Origin: Gemmatimonadota bacterium
GTDB lineage: Bacteria; Gemmatimonadota; Gemmatimonadetes; Gemmatimonadales; GWC2-71-9
Direction: 5' to 3'
Length of the DNA stretch: 64,000 nt
NCBI GenBank assembly: GCA_039587475.1
Contig: JBDHIK010000005.1
Span: forward strand, 5,741-69,740
A program made the translations under genes and the position numbers. Shown here piece after piece: positions 55,590-64,000 of this stretch. Every line of letters starts with the position of its first letter. Positions within the stretch are counted from its first letter, which is position 1. Under the pieces are notes generated by a model, which did no database searches, had not been told where the DNA came from, and saw only the letters and a list, made by a program, of their open reading frames with translations.

Positions 55590-57470
55590 TGGGAGGCTCC
55601 CGCCGCTCGGGCGCTGGTGTCGCGCGCGGTCGAGCGTCGCGCTGCGCAGCGGAGCGATACGGCCCTGACGTCGTACCGCGCCAGGGCTGAAGGGTTCGTG
55701 TTCTTTTCGACCCAAGTGGGTGAAGGTCTCACCGAGCCGCCAAGGTTGATCAAGGCCGACCAACTCGTGGCCGAAGTGTATTGGCGGACCCCGGGGCTGA
55801 GCAAGCAGGTCATCCAGGCCTGGAGAGACCGCCGCTACCTCCCGACCGACATCAGCTACCACCGGGATCACCTCATGGTGGTCCACGGCAATCTCCCCGA
55901 CCGCATCACCGTCGGCGCGGGTGATGAGGTGCGCGGCGTGGTGCATCCGTTCGCCCGGGACGGTCCCTCCAGGTATGAGTACGCCATTGGCGACTCGATC
56001 TCGCTCGGCATGGCTGACCAGGTACTTCGCCTCCTGGCCGTCGACTTCCGGCCGCGAGACCCCCAAGCGGGATTGGCCGTTGGAAGGGCCTACCTGGACG
56101 CCGCGAGCGGCGATATCGTGCGGCTCCGGCTCGGCTTCACCGCCTCGGCCTATCGGGATGATACGGTGGAAGACATCACGTTCATCCTCGAGAACGTGCT
56201 GCAGGATGGGAGGTTCTGGCTGCCGTTCCGACAGGAAGTCGAGATTCGGCGCAGGGTCTCCTGGTTGGACTTCCCCGCCCGCACCGTGATCAGAGTCCGC
56301 TGGTCGCTCGACCGCCTCGAAGCCAACCCGGCGCTCGATCCCGGCCTCTTTCGCGGCCCCCAACTGAGTGGCCTTCCGGCACCGGTGGACTCCGGCGGTC
56401 CCTGGGCCGAGCCCATCGAGGAGGCCGCCGAAGCTGCGGCCCGGCCGCTCTCTGAGCAGGATCTGGAATCCGCCCGGGTCGAGATCCAGAGGCTGGTCGG
56501 GGGCCGGGCTCTGCATACGCTGCAAGGGGCCCGATTGGGCACCAACTCGGTCAGTGACCTGGTTCTGGTCAATCGCGTCAACGGCCTGCGTCTCGGGGTC
56601 GGGGGGACCCTGGGACGGGGCACCGTCGAAGCCCGGGCCTGGCTGGGCTACGGGACGTCTGACGGCCGGGTGCTCGGTAGCCTGTCGGCAGGGTCGGCCG
56701 TCGGCGCGGCAATGGTCTCAGCCAGGCTGTATCGGAAGGTGCTGCTCAGCGGGCTCCTGGGGCAGGTACGGGTACCCCTGTCGGGCCGCCTGTCCGCTAC
56801 CGTTGGGCTCGGGGTCGAGGAATCGGAGACCGTTGCGGTCTCGGCAAGCCCGGTCCATGGGGCCTATCGCCCCAATCCGTCCCTCGGGGCCGGTACCTAC
56901 GGCCGGGCCTGGCTGGCGCTCCGCCGTGGCGATGGCGGCGTAGGTCTTGCTCAGGACGTCTACGGGACGATCAGGCTCGAAAGCGGGTACGGGACAACGA
57001 GTTACCTCCGAGCCACCGCCCAGGGCACCGGCACTGTGGCGTTGGGGTTCGGGACGGTCCTGGCGCGGGCCTATCTGGGGTGGGGCAGCGAAGGCCTCCC
57101 CGCCTATCGGTCGTTCGTCATGGGTGGGCGACAGACACTCCCCGGGGAGCCGTTCCGGGAATGGGGTGGGAGGAGTCTTGCGCTCTTCCACATCGAGTTG
57201 CGTACTGCGGTACCCATTCCGGCGATTGACTTGGGTACCTTCGCCTCGACCGGGGATCGGCTGATGGTGGCCCCTTTCGTGGCGGCCGGGTGGGCGGACC
57301 GCGCCATTGCCGGGACCCCGTGGCAGGCTTCGGGCGGTTTCCGGCCGGTGGCCGGTCTGGGATTCGAGTGGCTGATGAGCATGGTGAGATTGGAATTGGG
57401 AGTGGGGCTGTTGGACGGAGGCGTCCAGGTGACGTTCGATGTGACGAGGGGATGGTGGCCCCTGCTGTAG
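55530..57470 (+). CDS. Large outer-membrane protein with Omp85/surface-antigen-like C-terminal barrel
   Basis: ATG 55530 gives the signal peptide MSILLLLLFALCVTPLRAQ. The C-terminal ~250 aa has a barrel pattern (SFVMGGRQTLPGEPFREWGGRSLALFHIELR...GLGFEW...). The N-terminal ~380 aa was not recognised. Confidence 0.5.
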   Translation: MSILLLLLFALCVTPLRAQHWEAPAARALVSRAVERRAAQRSDTALTSYRARAEGFVFFSTQVGEGLTEPPRLIKADQLVAEVYWRTPGLSKQVIQAWRDRRYLPTDISYHRDHLMVVHGNLPDRITVGAGDEVRGVVHPFARDGPSRYEYAIGDSISLGMADQVLRLLAVDFRPRDPQAGLAVGRAYLDAASGDIVRLRLGFTASAYRDDTVEDITFILENVLQDGRFWLPFRQEVEIRRRVSWLDFPARTVIRVRWSLDRLEANPALDPGLFRGPQLSGLPAPVDSGGPWAEPIEEAAEAAARPLSEQDLESARVEIQRLVGGRALHTLQGARLGTNSVSDLVLVNRVNGLRLGVGGTLGRGTVEARAWLGYGTSDGRVLGSLSAGSAVGAAMVSARLYRKVLLSGLLGQVRVPLSGRLSATVGLGVEESETVAVSASPVHGAYRPNPSLGAGTYGRAWLALRRGDGGVGLAQDVYGTIRLESGYGTTSYLRATAQGTGTVALGFGTVLARAYLGWGSEGLPAYRSFVMGGRQTLPGEPFREWGGRSLALFHIELRTAVPIPAIDLGTFASTGDRLMVAPFVAAGWADRAIAGTPWQASGGFRPVAGLGFEWLMSMVRLELGVGLLDGGVQVTFDVTRGWWPLL

Positions 57471-57490
57471 CCTGGTGCTGCACTAGCCGC

Positions 57491-57513
57491 ACCGGGCCGC
57501 GTGCCGGTATTTT
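57491..57513 (+). terminator. Weak hairpin plus ATTTT after the OMP gene
   Basis: ACCGG-8 nt-CCGGT followed by ATTTTC. The stem is only 5 bp. Confidence 0.25.
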
Positions 57514-57567
57514 CAGAGGACTCTTCGGGGCCTTCACGGGTCCGACGATTCTTGTGCTGGGAGAGGT

Positions 57568-59832
57568 ATGAAGTTCTCGGATGAATGGCTGGTCCCAACG
57601 GTGGAATCCCTGATCCCGGAAGACGTTCTCACGTCGTTGCGGGGTGGGGAGGGCGACGAGCCTGTCTCTCTGTGGGAGACGCTCGTCTCGCGCAAGTTGG
57701 CGACGGACGATCAGGTGGTCACGGCCATCGCCACCAAGTTCCGCCTGCCGGTCGCGGAGATCCACCAGATCGAGGCCAGGGTCCGGGATGCCGTTCCCGA
57801 ACAGCTGGCCCGCAGCCACAGCGTGATCCCCCTGAAGATCACCGACTCCTACCTGGTGGCGGCTTCCGCCAATCCATTCGACGTCGACGCCGAGAAGATC
57901 CTGGCCTTCGCCACCGGACGTGAGGTGCGATTGCATCTCTGTCCTCCTGGTATCGTCAAGGAGAAGCTCGACGAGATCTACCGGGCCGAGGACGTGGTCT
58001 CCAAGCTCCTCGACGACATGGATGACAGTGCATCCGTCGAGCAGCTCGACGAGGAGGTCGAGGAACTCGGGGCCACCATCGACGAGGCCAGCCAGCGACC
58101 CATCATTCGTCTGGTGGACATGATGCTGGCCGACGGGATCGCCAGCCGGGCCAGTGACATCCACGTGGAACCGTCCGAAGGCGGCGTCATCGTCCGCTAT
58201 CGAATCGACGGCGTGTTGCGGCAGGTCATGAAGATCCCCCGCACCGCCGGGCTGCCCCTCATCTCGCGCCTCAAGATCATCTCGGGCCTCGATATCGCCG
58301 ACCGGCTCCGCCCCCAGGATGGCCGGGCCCGGGTGTCCATCAACAACGATCGCATCGACCTGCGTGTCTCGACCCTGCCGGCCTCACTGGGCGAAAAGGT
58401 CGTCATCCGGATCCTCAACGCCAACGCGTTGGACCTGTCCCTGGATGCGCTCGGACTGTTGGAAGACGAGCGCGACAGCATCGCCGAACTCCTCGACAAC
58501 AAGGAGGGAATCGTTCTGGTGACCGGTCCCACCGGATCCGGGAAGACCACGACACTCTACTCGGCTATCCGGCTGATCCAGGGTGAGGGGACCAACATCG
58601 TCACGGTGGAGGATCCGGTCGAGTACCGCATGGGCCAGAACATCGTCCAGGTCCAGGTTCACGAGAAGGCCGGCCTGACCTTCGCATCGGCCCTGCGGTC
58701 GATCCTCCGCCAGGACCCTGACGTCGTACTCATCGGCGAGATCCGTGACCGCGAAACCTCTCAGATCGCCGTTCAGGCCTCCCTGACCGGGCATCTGGTG
58801 CTGTCCACGCTTCACACCAACGATGCGCCCAACACCATCACCCGGTTGGTGGATATGGGCATGGAAGCGTACAAGATCGGATCGGCGCTACGGGGCGTCA
58901 TTGCCCAACGTCTGATGCGCCGTCTCTGCCAGGTCTGCCGCCAGGACATGCCGAAGGACGTGCGGCGGAAGCTGCCGCAGCATGTGGCGGCCGTGCTCCC
59001 GAAGGACACGAAGCTCTTCGTGCCGGTCGGCTGCCCCGACTGCTCCATGACCGGGTATCGCGGCCGGTTCAGCATCGTGCAGATCCTCCGGATGAGCAAG
59101 GACATCGAACGCGTCGTCTCCGAGGGCGGGACGGCGGACCTCATCGAAACGGAAGCCCGGAAGGCGGGAATGCTCGATTTGTGGCAGAGCGGCCTGCGCC
59201 ACGTGCTGAACGGCGATACCTCGGTCGAAGAGCTCCTGCGTGTGACCGACATTCCCACCGGCTCCGATGAGAACGGCGGCCCGAGCCCGGAATCGCCACC
59301 GTCCCGCGGCAGCGAGACGGCCGGCATGTCTCAGGCCGAGCCAGAGGTGATGACGGCAACGGCCCTTCGGGCGCACCCGGTGGACTTTGCGGAGGCCTTC
59401 GAGCTTCTCGAGGACGATCTCCAGGGGCTGGCCGACGTCCCCGGCGTGGAGTCCAAGGGGGTGAAGGTGCTGCTGGTAGATGACGAGGAACAGCTCCGTC
59501 GGGTCATGCGGGATCTGCTGGAACGCGAGGGATATGACATCGCGGAGGCGGCGGACGGGCCAGAGGCCATCGACATGGTCGATCAATTCGCGCCCGACAT
59601 CATCGTCCTGGACCTCAACCTGCCCACCCTCGACGGGTACAGCGTCCTGACGCAACTGCGGACAAGGCCGACGACGCAGAACATCCCGGTCATCGTGCTG
59701 ACCGCCAAAGGCGACGAGGACAACGAAGTCCGAGTCTTCGAACTCGGCGCCGATGATTTCCTGACGAAGCCGTTCCGGGCCAGGGCCCTGGCCGCCCGAC
59801 TCGACGCGATTCTGGCGCGTCGACGCAGCTGA
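57568..59832 (+). CDS. GspE/PilB-type secretion ATPase fused to a C-terminal response-regulator receiver domain
   Basis: T2SSE_N-like N-domain, Walker A GPTGSGKTT, VTVEDPVEY, DVVLIGEIRD, LVLSTLHTNDA and tetracysteine CQVC...CPDC. A linker of about 70 aa follows, then REC from about 59461 (VLLVDDEE, IIVLDLNLP, VLTAKG, LTKPF). Confidence 0.85.
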   Translation: MKFSDEWLVPTVESLIPEDVLTSLRGGEGDEPVSLWETLVSRKLATDDQVVTAIATKFRLPVAEIHQIEARVRDAVPEQLARSHSVIPLKITDSYLVAASANPFDVDAEKILAFATGREVRLHLCPPGIVKEKLDEIYRAEDVVSKLLDDMDDSASVEQLDEEVEELGATIDEASQRPIIRLVDMMLADGIASRASDIHVEPSEGGVIVRYRIDGVLRQVMKIPRTAGLPLISRLKIISGLDIADRLRPQDGRARVSINNDRIDLRVSTLPASLGEKVVIRILNANALDLSLDALGLLEDERDSIAELLDNKEGIVLVTGPTGSGKTTTLYSAIRLIQGEGTNIVTVEDPVEYRMGQNIVQVQVHEKAGLTFASALRSILRQDPDVVLIGEIRDRETSQIAVQASLTGHLVLSTLHTNDAPNTITRLVDMGMEAYKIGSALRGVIAQRLMRRLCQVCRQDMPKDVRRKLPQHVAAVLPKDTKLFVPVGCPDCSMTGYRGRFSIVQILRMSKDIERVVSEGGTADLIETEARKAGMLDLWQSGLRHVLNGDTSVEELLRVTDIPTGSDENGGPSPESPPSRGSETAGMSQAEPEVMTATALRAHPVDFAEAFELLEDDLQGLADVPGVESKGVKVLLVDDEEQLRRVMRDLLEREGYDIAEAADGPEAIDMVDQFAPDIIVLDLNLPTLDGYSVLTQLRTRPTTQNIPVIVLTAKGDEDNEVRVFELGADDFLTKPFRARALAARLDAILARRRS

Positions 59833-59889
59833 TCCTCCGCTCGTCCATGACGTGTTGCGGTTGAAACCCGCTGGCGGCTTCGTGGCGTC

Positions 59890-60387
59890 ATGACGGATGT
59901 CCGGGTGTCCCTGGTCGATGTCTACGTGGTGCGTCCGGCACCGGCGGGCGCGTTCGAGATCCTGGCACTGCAACGATCAACCGCCGGCCGCTGCGCGGGG
60001 TCCTGGGAAACCGTCCATGGGCATATCGAAGGTGACGAATCGCCGGTACTGGCCGCGCTCAGAGAACTCCGAGAGGAAACCGGACTGGTGCCACAGCGTC
60101 TGTTCAACATCAGCCGCGTCGAGGCATTCTATCGCCACGCCATCGATGAGGTGGCCTTGATTCCCGTCTTTGCTGCCATGGTGCCCGCGGACGCCACGGT
60201 CACCCTCAGTGCAGAGCATGCAGCCCACGAGTGGCTGACGGCCCGGGAGGTCGTGACCCGGCTGGCATGGCCCCGTGAGCGTCGGGCCGTGCCGGACGTT
60301 CTCGCGTTGATCGATCCCGAAGCGGCCGGCGTCCACGATGTGCTGGTCGTCGATCCAAGCCTGTGGACCGGGGAGGCACCTGGGTGA
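59890..60387 (+). CDS. NUDIX hydrolase
   Basis: A complete Nudix box, GHIEGDESPVLAALRELREETGL (Gx5Ex7REUxEExGU). Confidence 0.8.
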   Translation: MTDVRVSLVDVYVVRPAPAGAFEILALQRSTAGRCAGSWETVHGHIEGDESPVLAALRELREETGLVPQRLFNISRVEAFYRHAIDEVALIPVFAAMVPADATVTLSAEHAAHEWLTAREVVTRLAWPRERRAVPDVLALIDPEAAGVHDVLVVDPSLWTGEAPG

Positions 60388-61808
60388 GCCCCGTCCCACT
60401 GTTGTTCGCGATGATCGCAGCGGCTCCCGTGCAGAACGTGAATGACTGCCTCCGCCTCAGCCGGGCCGGCACCCAGGTCCAGGGACACGTTCGGATATGT
60501 CCCGGGCGCTATCGCATTTCCGATTCGACCGAACAGGGCATCGTCATCGTGGCCAGCTCGGGGACACATCTCGATTTGACGGGCGTCACCATCGAAAGTG
60601 GCGATTCGCTGGCGATGGGATTCGTCGGCATCGGGGTCGTGAGCCGCGGCGTGGACGGCGTGGAGATCCACGGCGGCTCCATCCGCGGGTACCGCTACGG
60701 CATCCTGTTGGAAGGGGGCAGTGGCCACCGGGTGCACGACATGACCCTGTCCGGCTCACGGGCCCAGGCACTGAGGTCGACGCCGGGTGTCTACGACGAA
60801 GCGGACTGGCTCGACATCTTCCGGCCCGACATCTTCGAGGCGTATGGCGGCGGCATCCTCCTCAAGTGGACCGACGACGCCAGCGTCACCGGAATCAAGG
60901 CGAATGACGCTCAGAACGGTATCGGATTGTTCGGCGCCAGACGGACCTACGTCGCGGGCAACGACGTCTCGCGCAACAGCGGGTGGGGTATCCATCTGTG
61001 GCGCGCCTCGCACAACGTCATCGTCCGCAACATTGCCCATCACAATGTCCGGTGCGAGTCGCGAAGCTACAGCCGTGGTTGCGACTCCGCCGCGCTGCTA
61101 CTGCGTGAACGCAGTGACTCTAACTACATAGCACACAATAACTTGCAGCACTCGGGCGACGGGTTTTTCCTGAGCGGCCACCGGCCGCTCGTCAACCCAT
61201 CGGTGGGGAATATCGTGGTGCGGAATGACGCAGCGTTTGCCTACCACAACGCCTTCGAATCGACGTTCAGTGCGGGAAACACCTTCATCGACAACGTGGC
61301 GGACAGCTCCCAGTACGGTTTCTGGCTGGGATACTCGTCGCGCAACCTGGTACGAGGCAACCGCATTCTCGGGACGACCGTGGCTGGGATTGCCATCGAG
61401 CACGGGAGCGACATTGCCATTACGGCCAACACCATCATCGGCGGTGGCGACGGCATCCGGTTGTTCGCCCGCCAGGAAGACGGTGAACGCAGTCGGGGAT
61501 ACCGTATCGATGACAACGTGCTGGCCGGTCTGGAACGGGGGTTGGTGCTCGAGCAGACGGCGCAATCCAAGGTGCGTGGCAACCTGTTCGACGACAACGG
61601 CGAGGCCTTGACGGTCGACAGCGTGGGGCAGCACACCGAGGTGACCGGTAACATCTTCCTCCGGCCGGGCCGCTGGTTCATTTCCGCTCCCGTCCTGGAC
61701 GCCGGACGGAACTTCTGGGGGACGGCATCGGCAGAGGCCAGCGCCCGGCTCGTCAACGGTCGAATCCGGCTCGATCCCTGGCGCTCCGCCGCCGAGGCAG
61801 GGTTCTGA
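60384..61808 (+). CDS. Secreted right-handed parallel beta-helix repeat protein (NosD/pectate-lyase-like fold)
   Basis: GTG 60384 overlaps the NUDIX stop (GTGA). It has an N-terminal hydrophobic leader and repeated ...N.I..N....GI.L.. turns across about 400 aa. Confidence 0.65.
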   Translation: MSPVPLLFAMIAAAPVQNVNDCLRLSRAGTQVQGHVRICPGRYRISDSTEQGIVIVASSGTHLDLTGVTIESGDSLAMGFVGIGVVSRGVDGVEIHGGSIRGYRYGILLEGGSGHRVHDMTLSGSRAQALRSTPGVYDEADWLDIFRPDIFEAYGGGILLKWTDDASVTGIKANDAQNGIGLFGARRTYVAGNDVSRNSGWGIHLWRASHNVIVRNIAHHNVRCESRSYSRGCDSAALLLRERSDSNYIAHNNLQHSGDGFFLSGHRPLVNPSVGNIVVRNDAAFAYHNAFESTFSAGNTFIDNVADSSQYGFWLGYSSRNLVRGNRILGTTVAGIAIEHGSDIAITANTIIGGGDGIRLFARQEDGERSRGYRIDDNVLAGLERGLVLEQTAQSKVRGNLFDDNGEALTVDSVGQHTEVTGNIFLRPGRWFISAPVLDAGRNFWGTASAEASARLVNGRIRLDPWRSAAEAGF

Positions 61809-61819
61809 AGGTCCCGCCG

Positions 61820-63961
61820 TCAGGGTCGGTCCAGCGCCTTGCGGGCCTGGGCCAACACCTCCTGGGGCTTGAACGGCTTCCTGAGGACGGGAAACGGTCC
61901 GGTATCGAGGGCCTCGTCCCCGGTGCGGTCGATGTCGCTGGCGCTGAGGAGGACCCGCGATCGTGACACCAGGTCCTGTGCTTCCAGGACGTCCCTGAAC
62001 TTCCTGCCGTCCCCCAGGGTCGCCCGGACGTCGGTCACCACCAATTCATAGGGGGCCGCCACCAGGTGCTCCCAGGCCGAATCCGCCGAGTCGACGACAT
62101 CGACCTGGAACCCTTCCGGTGTGAACAGAGCCGTGAGGACGCGGGCGGCCGTCCGGTCCTGATCTACCACCAGGACACGCCGGGGCACTACGATGCGCTC
62201 GACCGACTCCCGGGGTGAGCCCGTTCCGGCCGACGGTAACGTGATGAGGAATCCCGCGCCCCCCGAACTGGGTGGGTCGTAGACGATCGTCCCGCCGTGT
62301 GACTTCACAATACCGTAGCTGATCGAGAGTCCCAGTCCGGTGCCCCGACCAGGCTCCTTGGTCGTGAAGAACGGAGTGAACAGGCGCCCCACAGCGTCCT
62401 CGGGGACCCCTGGCCCGGTATCCGAGATACTGACGGTGATGTCCTGGTCGAATGCTGTTCGCACGCGGATCGCCCTCGTCGCGTCTTCCGGTAGCTCTGT
62501 CAACGCGTGGATGGCGTTGGTCAGCAGGTTCAGCATGACTTGCTGCATTTCGTGCTGGTCGCCCCGGATGACGACAGGGCCTGTAGCCAGCTCCGATGTG
62601 AGACTGATGCCGTGCAGGGTGAACTCGTGCTCCACGAGACGCAGCGTCCTCCGGACCACTTGGTTGACGTCCACCTCGGCGGTCTCGGGTTCACCCTTGC
62701 GGGCGAAGGTCAGCAGGCTTTGCACGATCCGTCCTGCGCGCTCGGCCTGCTCATGAATGACCCGCATGTGTTCGGTATGGGATTCCGGCATGTGCCCCGG
62801 CTCCATGAGAAACTCGGAGAGGCCGGAAATGGAGGTCAACGGGTTGTTGAGTTCGTGGGCGACCCCGGACACCAGCTGCCCGACCGCGGCCATCTTCTCG
62901 TTCTGAATCAGCAGGGCCTCCATGTCTCGCTGCTCGGTGACGTCCTCGAGAAGCACGACGATGGTGGCGACCTCCTGGGTCGTGGCCGACAGGGGAGACG
63001 CCGTCACGCGCAGGGTTCGGCGCAACGCATTGGACTGCACGATCTCCACCGGCGGCCGCTCACCGGCCAGTGCCAACGCAATGGCGTCTGGTTGCTGATC
63101 CTCACCGCCAAAGACCAGTTCGGCCAGGCGCTTCCCGATCAGAGAGGGCTCCGGAATGCCAACCAGCCGGGCCAGGGCCCTGTTCACCCGTCGCAGGCGC
63201 CCCTCCCGGTCGACGATGGCGATGCCTTCGGTCAAGGCGTCGAACGTCGTCTCCCATTCTTCCTTGCCGCGGCGGAACATCTCGAAGAAGCGGCTGTTGG
63301 CCAGGACGACCGCGGTCTGGGTCGCCACGGTGGAGAGCAGCCACAGGTCCTCCGTGGTGAACTCGGCCTCCCGCGGATCGGTGACCAGGATACCACCCAT
63401 CGTGACGCCGTGGGCATGCAGCGGCGCGATGGCCGCCGCGTCGGCCTGACAGCCGTCGAACAGCGTCACCGGGCCCGGGCCGGCCACTTCGAGGCGTTCC
63501 CCGCCAACGGCCGTGCTGATCAGGGGGGCAGAGGCCTCGGCGATGTCCGTTCCCACGAACGGCTGCAGCGCGCCTTCTCCCGCCGCCACCCGGAAGATGT
63601 CACCTCCCTCGTTCACCAGGAGAACGGCCGTGCCACGCGTCTGAAGAAAGCGCGACACGTAACTGGCCAGATGCGTGACGATGCGGTCTTCCTGAAGCGA
63701 TTCCGACAGGACGTAACTCAATTCCTGCAGTGAGAAGATCTGGTTGATCCGCCGGTCGAGTTGGGAGGCGAATCGGTCCCGCTCACTGGAGAATTGGACC
63801 GCCTGGCGTTCCCGGCTGTCCGCCAGGGCACGGAGGCTCCGGGTCTGCCCCACGACCGTGGTGCCGACGGCCAGGGCCACCAGTGCCAACAGGATGACCA
63901 GCGGGACCGGAGCCAGCGTGCCCTCGAGCGTGAGGAGGACAACCGCTACCACATGGGCCAC
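61820..63961 (-). CDS. Hybrid sensor histidine kinase (TM-GAF-PAS-HisKA-HATPase-REC)
   Basis: H-box VSGVAHELNNPL, N/G boxes (LLTNAIHA, DTGPGV, GTGLGLS) and a C-terminal receiver (VLVVDQD...LVVTDV...LRKPF). The frame stays open from GTG 63961 to the window edge, so the true start may lie beyond 64000. Confidence 0.85.
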   Translation of the reverse strand: MAHVVAVVLLTLEGTLAPVPLVILLALVALAVGTTVVGQTRSLRALADSRERQAVQFSSERDRFASQLDRRINQIFSLQELSYVLSESLQEDRIVTHLASYVSRFLQTRGTAVLLVNEGGDIFRVAAGEGALQPFVGTDIAEASAPLISTAVGGERLEVAGPGPVTLFDGCQADAAAIAPLHAHGVTMGGILVTDPREAEFTTEDLWLLSTVATQTAVVLANSRFFEMFRRGKEEWETTFDALTEGIAIVDREGRLRRVNRALARLVGIPEPSLIGKRLAELVFGGEDQQPDAIALALAGERPPVEIVQSNALRRTLRVTASPLSATTQEVATIVVLLEDVTEQRDMEALLIQNEKMAAVGQLVSGVAHELNNPLTSISGLSEFLMEPGHMPESHTEHMRVIHEQAERAGRIVQSLLTFARKGEPETAEVDVNQVVRRTLRLVEHEFTLHGISLTSELATGPVVIRGDQHEMQQVMLNLLTNAIHALTELPEDATRAIRVRTAFDQDITVSISDTGPGVPEDAVGRLFTPFFTTKEPGRGTGLGLSISYGIVKSHGGTIVYDPPSSGGAGFLITLPSAGTGSPRESVERIVVPRRVLVVDQDRTAARVLTALFTPEGFQVDVVDSADSAWEHLVAAPYELVVTDVRATLGDGRKFRDVLEAQDLVSRSRVLLSASDIDRTGDEALDTGPFPVLRKPFKPQEVLAQARKALDRP

Positions 63962-64000
63962 GAGCAGAAGGGGACGGAATCGAGGCAGGCGGGCGCCGAC

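Noticed and set aside
54930-56525. The 531-aa minus-strand ORF taken as one gene.
   Set aside because: Only the 3' ~200 codons (lipobox onward) look protein-like. The upstream 330 codons are antisense to the Omp85-like gene and have shadow-ORF composition. The call was trimmed to 54930..55589.

Overview
This is a GC-rich, gene-dense chromosomal window of about 65 protein genes, with most junctions under 60 nt and many start/stop overlaps (ATGA, GTGA, TGATG, TTGA). All family calls were made by eye from motifs, because no searches could be run. The content is mostly core metabolism and envelope functions of a diderm bacterium, and the protein style suggests Gemmatimonadota or a similar phylum (inference only). 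Recognised blocks are: the end of an atpF-atpH unit; a ferredoxin/cupin/nucleotidyltransferase/LeuA-like/DUF885/SDR array; isocitrate dehydrogenase followed by four overlapping poorly characterised genes; gcdH-etfBA-ETF:quinone oxidoreductase; htpX; a minus-strand array running gpmI-OMP-PTPS-fdhD-OMP-mobA-mobB-moeA; guaB, nrnA and apbC; an ECF sigma/anti-sigma operon with two envelope proteins; ubiE-ubiD-ubiA-ubiX (late menaquinone-type module); mutM plus a truncated uvrC-like gene; purD; glmM-glmS-dtd-maf. The last 11 kb is dense in signalling genes: an FHA-GAF nucleotide cyclase, an Omp85-like protein, a GspE/PilB ATPase fused to a receiver domain, NUDIX, a beta-helix protein and a hybrid histidine kinase. 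I found no rRNA, tRNA, CRISPR array, transposase, integrase or prophage signature. The most unusual items are the orphan GspE-REC fusion in that signalling locus, the ECF/bactofilin-like/toastrack-like operon, a PTPS-family protein that keeps its zinc site but lacks the catalytic relay inside a molybdenum-cofactor operon, and a 38-codon NDH-2 gene remnant. None of these is demonstrably a new system from sequence alone.
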